In this document: one piece after another, positions 35,875 through 48,149 of the stretch | How the letters are laid out: every line of letters starts with the position of its first letter | Position numbering within the stretch: the stretch's first letter is position 1 | Source: Psilocybe cubensis | Taxonomy: Eukaryota | DNA length: 64,000 nt | Direction: 5' to 3' | Assembly (NCBI GenBank): GCA_017499595.2 | Contig: CM039005.1 | Span: 2,790,001 to 2,854,000 of the forward strand | Position numbers and translations under genes: made by a program | Notes under the pieces: generated by a model | Told to the model about the DNA's origin: nothing | The model's database searches: none | What the model saw: the letters and a program-made list of their open reading frames with translations, nothing else

Positions 35875-37340
35875 AAGACGGCGGATATGACTGAGGTCGC
35901 TTGTCACACAGGTTGAATGCCGTGGGCATATACTGCGCAGTTTTAAAAATTAAAGTCCGCGATCTGGAAAATCAAACTTCAACGTGAATCACGAACGGAG
36001 TCCAAAGTGAGCTAACCGCAGCCCCCTCCCAACTTTTGTCTCGGATACGCCATACTTCGGAACTCAATCGGATCACAACGGGCGAACAGGAAGGGATGGT
36101 GAGGGTAACTGCCTCGTTTGATAGCAACTCTAGAGCGCAAAATCGGCTGTGGGTGTCAAGTTGTCGGGAGGGATCTTTGGCTATTCCAGGTGCGTTGGTC
36201 ATTTATCTTTGGAACCCGCCCGTTTTTATAGCACCCCTGGAGCTCCTGGGAAATCGGTCATATACTACCGCTTTCCTTTTCTTTTGTACAGAGCTTCCCT
36301 GTTGACATTTCCGACCTGCCTATCCCATTTGAATGACACAGCATACTTCCCCCAGATCCCTGACGCTCTACCGTCCTCTTCTGCAAACTCAAGATTCTGT
36401 AGTACTTCACTATAACATACCACCACCCTCTCTTCCACTTTTGACCAATCCTCCCCCCTTTCTGGACACGTTGCTAACTCCAGCGTATTCCCTAGATCCC
36501 TCACACTTTCCTGCACTACTCCAGCCACAGCCCCTCCCATTTTCTTCTAGAGTCACAGCGACATATCTATCAAGAACCCTTATCTGCGTCTCCATCCAAG
36601 CACACGTCATATGCTTTTCAACTTCAAGCACTGACATGCAGCACTTTACATTTGAAGCTCCTGTTAGGCCCTCTACAACGCTAATACGGCACCATTCTAA
36701 TGTGTACCTTGCTCATAACAGGCCAGGTATATCTTTCACAGAACTAGAGCACATCACCCCAGCTCACCTATTAGGGCACTACAGCGCTCTCTAAGCGTGT
36801 TTTCAGAATGGACTTCCCTGCGCCACTCGCCCATTCGCCACAGCGCATATAACTCCACCCTAAAGCCTCCGAGGGCGCCTCAGTACCAAATTCTCTCAGC
36901 ATATCGACGTTAAGAGTCTCGAGCTACTACCACATACGGTATGCTACTATTCCCCTGTATGGAAGTCTAAAACCTTGTGTGTGGTAGACTCACCTCTATC
37001 ATTTAGCTGACAATCTTTCGACGCTGTATCACCTCAAACACTCCGTTTTTGTCCTAGAGATCCTTGTGAACCAACGTGCACGATACCATCACCAACCTCA
37101 ACTGTGGTTCAACAATACCACCATCCAACTACCTCCATATCCAGACATCCGAAGGTTACCTACAATCTTTATATATATGCTCTGATACGTCTTCTTCTTC
37201 TCACTTGACACCGGCGCGTATCACAAAATAGCCCACCGCGATAGGTTAATCAGTTTCTTGGAAGAATTTATATCCCAAAGCCTTGCATCGACCGAGGAAC
37301 CGCATATTTGTCACAGATTTAAAACCTGGAGCGCATTGCA
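35875..37340. repeat. Copy A of a diverged ~1.4-kb direct duplication (copy B ~39975-41355)
   Basis: Near-identical start GACGGCGGATATGACTGAGGTCGCTTGTC...CAAACTTCAACGTGAATCACGAAC, and patchy collinear similarity through ACCG.GG.ACCGCATATTTGTC.CAG. Confidence 0.85.
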
Positions 37341-38044
37341 GACGTGAGAAGCCGTGAATCCCTCCAGTGCACTCAATGTGGATGATTTCTTGTAGGTGAG
37401 ATATATATGTCAGGAAAGGGCTTACGGAAATTTTTAGCGGCGGAGAGCGTCAAAATAACTTGCATTGAGGTTCCTTTGGTTTAAGTTGAGGATAAATGTG
37501 GGAGTAGGGTTATAGAGGGAATGCATATATGCGTGTGCGCGGCTGGGGTCGGGAGCGTAACTGTTTTGTCATGCTTCCTCTTGACAGTAAGGTTTTTCTC
37601 TATATGTCCTAGATATGACATATACACAGATGTTGCATGTTTGTCCAAACCTAATATTTCTTTGCAAATTTCCGTAGATTAGATGACACTAATTCTGTAA
37701 GATATGGCAAAATGTGCAATCAGGGTTCATGCTTTCTCTTCGGAGCCGGCCAGGTTAAAGCTGAGAGGAAAGTAGGCAGATGTTATTAATGCAGTTATAG
37801 GACCTTAACCGAACTCTAGTACGAGATCCATTGTGCATTTGTTGTTGTGGTTTCTTGCCTCGCAGATCACACAAGATTCTCAAGCACCGTCAAGTATTTT
37901 GTGAAATTACATTCAATTTTGATCAAACTACTCCTATTTAAAGTCCAGAGAAGAGACTCCCAATGTCACCACGCTGCTATAGATTAGTAGATATTAATCT
38001 GAGACAGTGAGGCACCCACTGTATACATGGTTCTCCACATCACA

Positions 38045-38544
38045 TCAGAAACTTGTGCATTCGAAAGATTCAATGTTTTGGTAAAGGACGGGGTTACCAG
38101 TCGTGGGAAGCGTCGCAACACGACCAGCCTGGACCCTTCCGGCACCCTGGCAGCCAGTGAAGCTGTAATAGCATGAGTTTGTTAATATTTTGACCAATGG
38201 CTAGGTGAAGTGATGGGTAAGATACTGACCCATAGAAAGTACAAGTATACCCAGAGCCGACGCTCATACTTTCAGCTCTGTTTCTCCAAGAGGAGGGGAG
38301 GTCGATGCAAGTGTCGGGTTGGGCATTAGTAGGAGAGTAGGTGTTGCCGACAAAGTTGATGTCGTCGTAGAATATGATGGATAATGCGTTGGCGGACTGA
38401 AAAAGTCATGTTAGCTGTATATGGTGGATGGTATTGAAATGGAAGATATTGGCGTACACGAGCAATGGGCGAGGCGGCTTGGACAGCCACCGCTGAGGAT
38501 ACAGCTGCAAAGACCAGGGAGGAGATGCTGACGGTGAACTTCAT
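38045..38544 (-). CDS. Small secreted protein 1, 123 aa, 4 Cys, beta/gamma-crystallin-like
   Basis: Exons 38544-38458, 38396-38230, 38162-38045: MKFTVSISSLVFAAVSSAVAVQAASPIARSANALSIIFYDDINFVGNTYSPTNAQPDTCIDLPSSWRNRAESMSVGSGYTCTFYGFTGCQGAGRVQAGRVATLPTTGNPVLYQNIESFECTSF. Signal-peptide-like N-terminus; TATA upstream. Confidence 0.92.
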
Positions 38545-39974
38545 GTTGCTGGTTTGTGAGTGGTTTTTTGTGCAGTAGATACTCGAGTACTTTGCTGAGG
38601 ACTATTCAACATGTATGAGCTCCTTTTATACGTTTGCTGTCCCGTATTCCTCACGTATTTCTGACTACATTGGATCAGCATACCTTGCCATCATCAAAAT
38701 CCAATCGCCGACTGCATTGGGGAGTACATTCCAAGGCCTCCGACGAGACAGTGTTTGAGAGAAATTACGCTGTATTCGTTTACGTATTAAAGATTCTTTA
38801 GTGTATAATCGATTTAAAGTATTGACATCACTTCCCTCGGTATACTACATCCTCCGTATCGCATTGCTCTGATTATTTTTTTGCAAAAAATTTGTCCATT
38901 AGAGTCCCTTTCCATTTCTTCTTGGTCAGACCGGTTCTCAAGTATCTTCATCGACACTGATCGAGTTTCCTTAGCCTCTCTCAGAGGTCCATTTTTCATT
39001 CAATGTTCATGGACATCTTGATTCTGGAACACTTTAGTCGAAGTCTATCTTTCTTTCCATAACCTCTCTTCACGGTTTGACCTCTACACAGCTTCTTTTG
39101 GTGGATAAATCTATGCCTATATGATATATCATCCAAATCTAAACGAGTTTATACGCATATCACAGCGATTTAACCAAGTATTTCACCCATATTTTTTCCT
39201 TTGTGACTGTGTATAAGGATCAGGATACATTATCTGAGGGGAGGGTCTGGAACACACTAGGCCATCACAGATTTAAGTTATAGAAGAGCATCGATTTTTG
39301 CAACACTTTCTCCGTCCCGACGCGGAGAAATCTTTTTCCCGACTTCAATAATGCCTCTTTGTATTCTGAGAATGTAGATGCCAAAAAGTCGTTGTAGTTG
39401 ATAATAGAAAGTGTTAATGATTACTAATATAGCAAAGGGTTGACAGACAATGGGATGTATCATTTTAGAAGGCCGAACGTAATATGTGACGCAGAGGTAG
39501 AAATCTAAAAAGTTACAAATCCTATTACCATCACCTATCTTCAATGAAATGACGTATTGATGTCTTTCCTGCCATCTATTGTAGCTTTTTTACCCCCGAT
39601 ATCCAGTTCGGCGCTGCTGTATGCCTCAGGTACCCCCAAAGTTCCATCCCTGTCTCAGTTAGCTGCAAGCAATGTCGCTTGTCCATCGTGCTCACTATCC
39701 ATCTGTCCATCATTTTGAAGAGCCATTTTCGTATCACTCATCTTGCACTCAGTTTTCAGACATTAATTTACTATCTTTATCTAGCTTTGGAGCAGCATGA
39801 TAGGCTCCCCGCCTCCTCCGCCCCACATCACGTCTGTCTCCTCAAAGAGCTGCAATACTGCTCTACACACGTGCTTCCACACTACCATCCATCATCCCAT
39901 TGAGGACTTTCCATCCTCCTCTAGACACGTAAACAGAAATAAGATCCCGGTTTCTTCTGTATACGTACAAAAGG

Positions 39975-41355
39975 TATGACGGCGGATATGACTGAGGTCG
40001 CTTGTCGCCCAGGTCGAATGCCGTGGGCATAAACTGCGCAGTTTTAAAAATGAAACTCCACGATCTGGAAAATCAAACTTCAACGTGAATCACGAACCTC
40101 CCAACTTTTGTTTCCCATACAGTGTACGTCAGAGCTCCATCGGATCACTGGAACGGGCGACCAGGAAGGGAGGGTAGGGGACTGCCTCGCTTGACAGCAA
40201 CTCTAGAGAGTATAGCTGTCAAGTTGTCGGGAGGGGTATTTGGCCATTCCAGGTACGTTGTTCGTTCATCTTTTGTTCCCGTTCCTTTCTATTGCTCTCC
40301 AGAAGCTCCTGGTCCGCTTGTCATCTGCCACCCCATTCCCTTGCTTTCTTACAGAGTTACCCCATTACTCCCTGCCCATCCCATTTCGATGACATGTCAT
40401 ACTTTCTCCAGATCCCCAATTGTGTGTCATCCTAATCTGCCGATAGGAAGACTTTGGGATGCATTCGAACCTCCATATCCCTACCCTCACATCAAAACCT
40501 TGACCCGTTTTGCTCCCGTTGTGGACATCTGCCTAGCTCCAGAGTGTTTTCAATATCCCCTACACATCCCTGCACAAATCCGACACGGCTTTCACGCTTC
40601 TCAATTTGTCTGCATCCAAGGCCAGTCATGCGTCATACACCTTTCCATCCCGAGCATTATCCTTTGCTAGTTTCAGTCGAAGGTACCCTGAGATCCTCCA
40701 CAACGCGTCCATCGCTCCCTCGCTGATAAATATGTGACTCCAGAGAAGTTCACGGCGAGTTTTATCAGAACCAGAGTGCGTCACCGCAGCTTACCCTATA
40801 TTATTCCTAAACAGCATTCTGCAATGCCTCAACATATGCGTAAGATATGGACCTCCTACCCCATTTGACTGTAACCCCAGCATATATTACATCAATAAAC
40901 AATACCAAGCTCCTCAACACCAGGATCATACCGCATCCGGACGCCAACAGTAGCTATCTACCACCACATATTGTGTGTTGCTGCTCACCAGTCTAGGTTT
41001 CCGACAACCTGTGAGCGGTATGCTAGATAATGGCACGCACCTTCTTTTGTACATCAACCACATCATCTTGGTTGCCGGCGCATCTTTCAACACGCATAAT
41101 AGCATTATTGAGTCATTGAATACTTGTCAACAATACCATCACGGGGCCACAGCTGTATATCGAGATTCGATGGTTTACCAAAATCTGTACATATATGCAC
41201 TAGTACGTCTTGTTTTCAGTCTTTTGAAGACTTTTTTCTATCAACATTGGTGCGTATCGCAAAACAGCGCACCGTACTACGCTAATAAGGTTTGTGACAG
41301 AATCCATATCCAAGAGTTTTGTCTTGACCGCGGTACCGCATATTTGTCGCAGCAC
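39975..41355. repeat. Copy B of the diverged ~1.4-kb direct duplication
   Basis: See copy A; no reading frame is conserved and open in both copies. Confidence 0.85.
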
Positions 41356-41499
41356 TGAGAGGCTTGACGGCGTGCCAAATCTCACACCCTCTTCTCGCAG
41401 CATTGGACAACCCTACAGAAATGTGGAAGTGGAAGTAGCTTCAATTAATATACAGGGTATATGCATTGAACGTGATTTTGTTCCGTCTCCTGATCTCTC

Positions 41500-42260
41500 C
41501 AGATGTAGTCCCTTATAAATTCATTATCTGCGTTCAGTTGCACGAATTGAAAAAATGAAACTTTGGAATTGTAGTAAACTGCCTCGCAGATGATGGACTG
41601 AGAGGCCAGCACATGTCGCTTTACCCTGGTCACTACAGATTACTTTCGCTAAAGCTCTCCGGAATTAACAGGGAGTTATTGATGTCGTTAGTGGCTAGAA
41701 CAACCGGAAGAAATGGAAGCAGTGTACGTATTAACCGAGAAATGGCGGAGATGAAACTATTTTTGTAGTCAACTATTCTATGTTCAAAGTACTTCATCGT
41801 ACATGGATCATTGTGCATTGTGTTAAGATTCGGTATAGACCAGCTGAACGATTTAACGAGATGAATGTCTTTTAAATCGGTTGCCAATTTTCGAAAAAGG
41901 AAAGTCCGAGGAAGAGTTAATTTTGCATCTCCAAACTTCGATTACGAATCCTTCCTTCATCTACTGGATCTTTCTTCATCTACTGGATCTGGAAAAAAAG
42001 ACGTAGAATGCCTGGAGGTCATGACAGGGTCAATAAGGACATTGCAAACGATGTTTATATTTACAGCTACCATCCCAAAGGAAGACCGAAATTGGAATCT
42101 TCTTCGGTCGGAAGGGTCGAACGACCGATTAGAAAGGGTTGTATGAATACAGTTCACAAACCTGGTCTCAAACCCAATGGCTAGCTCATACCAGTACCTT
42201 TGAGGCCATGAATCTAACAATTTGGCACCTTCAATCAATGACTTGGTTTTGAACTAGTTC
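41500..42260 (-). pseudogene. Decayed hypothetical gene (possibly F-box/LRR-type)
   Basis: Consecutive minus ORFs 41957-42238 and 41633-41887 separated by stops. Confidence 0.3.
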
Positions 42261-42547
42261 ATATTTACTAAGTATCCGGTATTATGGATGTGCTGCAAGT
42301 ACTTACACGTAAATGAATACATCTAAATATTGTTTGCAATCAGTATATCTGTCAGAGTATATTGTCTCCCCGCTCACGGAGTGTGCCCTTCCAAATAACC
42401 CAAAATCTAGTATCTATTTATTAGCTATGCCAAAAAAAAATCATATCCATCGGATGATTGAGATATAAGAGCAAGTCAAAATGATTTGCACGTCCTCAGC
42501 AGTTCACTCGAGTAAATCTCCTGAAATCTTCCCTCAAAGCCACCACC

Positions 42548-43056
42548 ATGAAATTTACCACCAGAATTCCTGCATTGCTCGTTGTTGCATTATCATCGTC
42601 TCTGGTTGCCCAAGCATTACCACCCGTTTCTCGCGTACGTTTGATATGTGTTCAATTCAAGTCCTATGCATAATTCACCACTTACACGTCTACCTCAGTC
42701 CGCCAATGCACTGTCTATTATCTTCTTCGACGACCTCAATTTTCTTGGTAACTCTTACTCCCCTGCAAGACCTATCCCCGACACATGCATCACCCTTTCT
42801 TCCGACTGGCGAAACCGAGCTAAAAGTCTTATCATTGGCTCCGGATATTCTTGTTCTTTCCATATGTGAGTCCTTGATATTCGCTAAGGCCTCGGTTTAT
42901 CAGTCAAAAAATGTTCAATATACTCTTTGCGACAGCTTTACCACTTGCCAAGGGACAGGACAAGCACTGAGTGGGGATGTTGGCGAGTTGTCTTCAACAA
43001 GTAGCCCACCGCTTTATCAGAACATTGAGTCCTTTGAATGCACAAAGCAGGGATGA
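42548..43056 (+). CDS. Small secreted protein 2, 124 aa, 4 Cys, beta/gamma-crystallin-like
   Basis: Exons 42548-42634, 42699-42865, 42936-43056: MKFTTRIPALLVVALSSSLVAQALPPVSRSANALSIIFFDDLNFLGNSYSPARPIPDTCITLSSDWRNRAKSLIIGSGYSCSFHIFTTCQGTGQALSGDVGELSSTSSPPLYQNIESFECTKQG. Same intron positions as its paralogs. Confidence 0.92.
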
Positions 43057-43516
43057 TCGAGCGTTATCATCCATTCAAGGTATCTTCGCCTCCCTCAGAT
43101 TGACTTGAGGTTTCTTACCTTTTCTTACCCGCTTGCAGCAGCGCCCACGGCCACTGTGAGTCTTTAATCCGGACTTTAAACAGGACACGTATGGATTACA
43201 ATTGTCGTTTACATTTCTAAATGAGAAATATGAATACAAAATCGGTTGATTCTGAAGATATCAATTCCCATGTTTGAGACATAATTATGACTCTTGGAGA
43301 TTACCTTCTCGACTAGCAGAGACCACTCCCACATCTTTCATAAGAAGGCGGATAGGATCTTTTTATCCTTGCCACGCGTATACGTGTTAGCTCTGTATGA
43401 ACCAAAATTTTGAAATGGTCGAAATTCACCTCAGTAAAAACCTCGTGGTCAGACATCTACCAGCCACTACTAAGTAGAAGAGAGCACGTATGAACATGAA
43501 AAAATTCTGGGATAAT

Positions 43517-44400
43517 TTAGTTTGGAGTATCACATGCTGTTAAGAGGTTAAACAAGTGAAGATCAGATTCATAGTATTGCAGTTTGTGCAACGTGTGACT
43601 AGCCAGCAAATCCAAGGCGAGTGTCTCTTCTGACAACCACGGTAGGGGACAAAAAAGTATTGTGGCTGACAAGGTTGAGGTTTGGAGATCCAAGGCGCTT
43701 TTTTCATGGTCTGCGCTAGCCATTGCACAGATGTGTTCTGATATTCTGGCGGCCTCCTACTCACCATAAACAGTCTAATATTGATCACATCCTGCCACCA
43801 CATACGCACGCACCTTCATTCCCGAACTCCTGAAGGGTTCTATGGCCCCAGGGTCACCTAATTACATATAATGTGAATCTCGATGTAACTGGACAACATG
43901 GCTCTTTTTCTCAGACGTCTCATTCAGGTTTTTCCAAAGCGACGTGCAAGCACCCGACAATCCGTTAAATTTGATGTCTGCTTCTTAATGACCCAACGAA
44001 CTTCTTGGAGTAGAAGAAGATGAACCGCTTCTAGTGATAACTTGGTACCGATTATTAGGCATCTAAATTAGGATATTGCCACGCGGACGAATTGTGACTT
44101 CCTGTGTCCTGACACGAGTATAACGGAGCGCCTTGAAGTTGGATCGTAGCTACCTCGAATTTGAAAATTAAAAAGAGAAGAGTAATCAGGAGGTATAACA
44201 CAGAGTAAATGGTTACATAAGTCCAACATATACCAACAACAATGTGTGTTTCACCTGACCATGTGCAAATCAAGACTTCTCGACGGAGTTCTGTGTCGTC
44301 ATATCTGTGGAGTATTTGGTGTATTGAAAGGACGATATTAAGACTTCCCACTCGTTAAATTAATCATCTTCGATATAATTTCGAAATAATATGTGTACCG
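43517..44400 (-). pseudogene. Decayed hypothetical gene (Leu-rich, possibly F-box/LRR-type)
   Basis: Broken minus ORFs such as ...LASHTLHKLQYYESDLHLFNLLTACDTPN; frame switches. Confidence 0.25.
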
Positions 44401-44560
44401 CTTTACGTGACTTTGGCTCATAGGTTTGTTTGGTGTTTTGGTTGTTCCATTCCACCCGTTGTCTTTGCTAATTTTAGCTCGTTTTTCATTCATTGCCAAA
44501 GTCGGAGAGGTTCGAGTAACCAAACATGTTGTAAACTTTGAAATAATGGATAAAGTTGGC

Positions 44561-44600
44561 ATATATAAAGGAAGTCAACAAACTCGAAGGTCCTCAGCAG
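44561..44600 (+). promoter_or_regulatory. Core promoter shared by the three secreted-protein genes: TATA box plus GTCCTCAGCA
   Basis: TATATAAA followed ~20 nt later by GTCCTCAGCA; same arrangement at ~42463-42501 (+) and ~38630-38594 (-). Confidence 0.65.
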
Positions 44601-44652
44601 TTCGCTTGACTCGCTATCACCCAGAGCTCTCTTTACTACTAGCAACACCGAC

Positions 44653-45156
44653 ATGAAATTCACTGTTAACCTTACTGCTCTGCTTTTTGCAGCATTGTCC
44701 TCGGCTATGGCTGCAAAAGCTGCACCACCTGTTGCGCGTGTATGTTGATGTTTTTTTATATCCATATTATTCATGTTATTACAACAACTCATGACAACTA
44801 TACCAGGCCCCAGATGCAATGTCCATCATATTTTTCGATGATACCTTCCTCACCGGTGATTCCTACTCTCCTGCAAATTCCGGTCCCGATGTCTGTATTA
44901 CCCTTGCGTCCAATTGGAGAAACAGAGCGGAGAGCCTGGTGATTGCGTCTGGCTATTCTTGTGCATTCCATGCGTCAGTTCTCTCCACTGCTTGGATAAC
45001 AGTTGTTGTTGTCTCTAACCCACTCTCCCTGCCAGCTTTACAAACTGCCAAGGCACCGCACGAACACTAAGCGGTACTATCAACCAGCTTCCCCAAACTG
45101 GTAACCCAGTCCTTTATCAAAACATTGAGTCTTTCGAGTGCACAAAACTGGGATAA
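44653..45156 (+). CDS. Small secreted protein 3, 124 aa, 4 Cys, beta/gamma-crystallin-like
   Basis: Exons 44653-44739, 44807-44973, 45036-45156: MKFTVNLTALLFAALSSAMAAKAAPPVARAPDAMSIIFFDDTFLTGDSYSPANSGPDVCITLASNWRNRAESLVIASGYSCAFHAFTNCQGTARTLSGTINQLPQTGNPVLYQNIESFECTKLG. Confidence 0.92.
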
Positions 45157-45858
45157 TCTCCCTTTACACCATTTATCTAGTAAGCAGCTTTTCCGCGCAA
45201 GTTGATGATATTTTTCTCACTAATCTGTAGCAAAGCTCATGGCCACTAAAAGTCTCATCTCCGGACTTTAAATAGGAGTAGCATTGATTGGGACTCCTTT
45301 TCATATTCTGTAATTTTGAAACGTGAATACAAATTTGGGTGAAATTTAAAGAGACAGAGCGCCAATACCAACCCTTGAGACATAATGCCTCTGGAAAGCA
45401 TTAAACACCCTTATCCCAACCATTTTCTACGGGTATCGATTGAAAGATGAATCAGGCACATTGTAATTTACAATCCACCCTCACCAACAATATGTGAATG
45501 TGAGGTGGATGATACATTAACAAACCCAAAACGGGTAAAATGGCTCGAAGTGGGCATCGAGGAAAGGAAAACATCGTGGTCTGACATCCATTCACAAGCA
45601 TGCAGTAGGATTATCCCACAGATCGGGTGAGTCACAGTGATGTATATTGGTGTTGATGTTGCATTGAGTCAGATTCACTGGGAGTGGAGTGCATAGAATG
45701 CACGGGCTTCAATTTAACATCGTGTTTGTGCCTAGGCTAGGGGTAGTCTAACACATAAATAGAGGGAAAAATGACCCAGAAGTTGCTGCCCTTGTTCTCC
45801 TTCCCAACTTCTACTCTCCATTCTAACATTAACATTCTGTGCATTCTTCTAGTCATCC

Positions 45859-46689
45859 ATGGAGTCAGCTAATGCGTCATTGAAGACGGATAAAGTAACC
45901 ACTTCCAAGGGCATGTTTCCACCGGAGTATCCGCCACCAGTATTGTTGACGACTTTTTTCGGTGTAGCTGTAGTTCGACCATCGCATATAAGCACCGGCG
46001 CGTCGGCCGAGTTCATCACATTCAGTGAATATGCAAGAAGCTCTAGGCTGGTACGGTCTCTTAGTCTTGAAGATATGTCTCCGAAGTATCTCGCGCTGGG
46101 TCCAGAGGACTCAGAACGTATACCTGAATTTTCTCCAGAGGAACCGTCTAGTAGACAACGCCCCTCAGGCGATCCCGACTGGGAAGACTATGAATTAAAT
46201 CACCAAAAATATCCCCGCCAGTATCTTGATCACGTCGACAACCCACTGGGCCCAAGGATAGAGAACGGTGCGATGGCAATAAGATCTGACGTTGAGATTT
46301 CTAGTTATACCTTCTGGACTCGTGGCTCAAGTTACGGTGACTCGATGCATCCAAGGAAATTCCCGGGTAGAACTCAAAATATGAAGTATGCAAAGACAAG
46401 AGGCCGCACGGAGACTCCTGTGTATTTAAAGGCCAAAGAACATCGTAAGATGGCCATGTTAAAGAAACGGAGTGTCTCTCCAAGGCAATCTGAGATGCAG
46501 TTCGGAAGAAAAATCCCACAGGTGTGCGAACATGCGGGTAGTCCTGCCAGGCATAGTCAAATGGAAAAGGAAAGCTCGCAGAGGGCCCCCTTAACGGATG
46601 AAGAACGGAGTAGAATCAATGCTTACCAGTTGTCTCTGGGTTTGAAGAACATTCCCCTCAATTTCCTTCCTCTTTCAGGGTCCTCATAG
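45859..46689 (+). CDS. Intronless hypothetical protein, 276 aa
   Basis: Long ATG-started ORF preceded by a TATA-like CATAAATA (~45753) and a pyrimidine-rich leader; no recognised domain. Confidence 0.65.
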   Translation: MESANASLKTDKVTTSKGMFPPEYPPPVLLTTFFGVAVVRPSHISTGASAEFITFSEYARSSRLVRSLSLEDMSPKYLALGPEDSERIPEFSPEEPSSRQRPSGDPDWEDYELNHQKYPRQYLDHVDNPLGPRIENGAMAIRSDVEISSYTFWTRGSSYGDSMHPRKFPGRTQNMKYAKTRGRTETPVYLKAKEHRKMAMLKKRSVSPRQSEMQFGRKIPQVCEHAGSPARHSQMEKESSQRAPLTDEERSRINAYQLSLGLKNIPLNFLPLSGSS

Positions 46690-48149
46690 ATCCATTGCGC
46701 ACCTGAGATAAGTCTGTTGAGAAGAATTCTGTAACAAGAATTGCTTAGGATCCTATTTGAATTTGGAAGACGATGGTATACGCACTTGTAGAATATCTAA
46801 ATATTATATCAGCTTCACCAGGTTTGATCAAGAGAACTCACAACAACTTGACAGAGAAGAGGTATAGGGGCGACAGGAAATACGGCGTGACTTGAATGGC
46901 AAGGCCGTGAAGCGTAAGATTAGCGTGCAACAACGTGGTATTAAAGCCACCTATGGAATGTCCGTGTCTCATTAATAACGGATCGAGAAAGTATCACATA
47001 TCGCAAGCAAACGAACAGTAGAAAGGAACCTGTGCGTACCATCTGACAGCAACCAATCGGAAATGGATACCACGTCTGAGAGATGCAGATTCACAGAGCG
47101 AGAGTGAGAATCAAGTATGTTTTGCCCTTCGGAGTAGTGACGAGGTGTGTCTCTGTGAAACTGGTGATGGTGAGACGGGGCCAGAAATCAAATGGCAAGG
47201 CTCACCACCCAAACCCCCATGTTTATGTGTAACAAATATGGCCATCATAAGAAACGAGTTGTTATTTACAGATTCCTGTGGTGCGGTCTAGGAAGAATGG
47301 GCACAGAGTTTTAGAGCTTGGTTGGATATGGATGAACAAAGCTGAATTGGCATGAAGTGAAGAGCACGGGGGGTGCGTTCGGGACATTACTATTAGACTT
47401 GTCATCGTGGGAATTTCATGGAAGAGTGGGGGCGAGTTGTTGGCTTCCCAAAGTGCACTGTACTACCCATTGGTAGCGAGAAATTGTATGTATAGTATAC
47501 ATGCCCATAAAACCAGCTTAACAGGGGCAGATGTATCTATCATAATATCAAAATTTTCCCTCAATATTTGATTACTTCCGTCGTCACGGATGCTATGAGC
47601 AGGCGGGGTTGGAACCCTATACCAAGTTTGATTTGTGAACTAGCTTAACATAGAAAATGAGTAAATAAGACCCACAAGTTTGGTTCTGAATCAGACTAGA
47701 CTTCGACACATTGGATTTGGAGGAACTTCAAAATTATTTTGGCAAGTCATGCCGGCCTCAGGCGGTTCTCGGCTGAACCTCAAATTCTCAACTCCGATTT
47801 TGCTCCGATTGATTCATGATGATGAACTTTTCGGCAATTTTTGCCGGTTCCGGCCGGTTTCCCCAACGAGACTTACGGGTGACGTGCAGGGTGCATAGAA
47901 TCATAGGAAATTCCCAGGTAGTTCCAAGCTCACGTAGATTTTTGAAAATTGGATGTCCTCGCATAATACGAGTTGAATTCTAGACATGGCGTGGCCGACT
48001 TGAACTTTGAATCTATTTCAAATGCAAAACTCTCACGGTCAAGAGGATCAATCGATTTCGAAAATTGTGCAGTGTTCAATCTGGTGCTACATCTATCGAT
48101 TCCGAGGACGCGCCAGTAAGATATAACTACGCATATCTCTGCCCTCTAC

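Noticed and set aside
42481-43056. 191-aa ORF in the supplied track
   Set aside because: Only its end is real; the true gene is the three-exon secreted protein starting at 42548.
47595-47625. tRNA B-box-like GGGGTTGGAACCC
   Set aside because: No cloverleaf or acceptor stem can be built around it.
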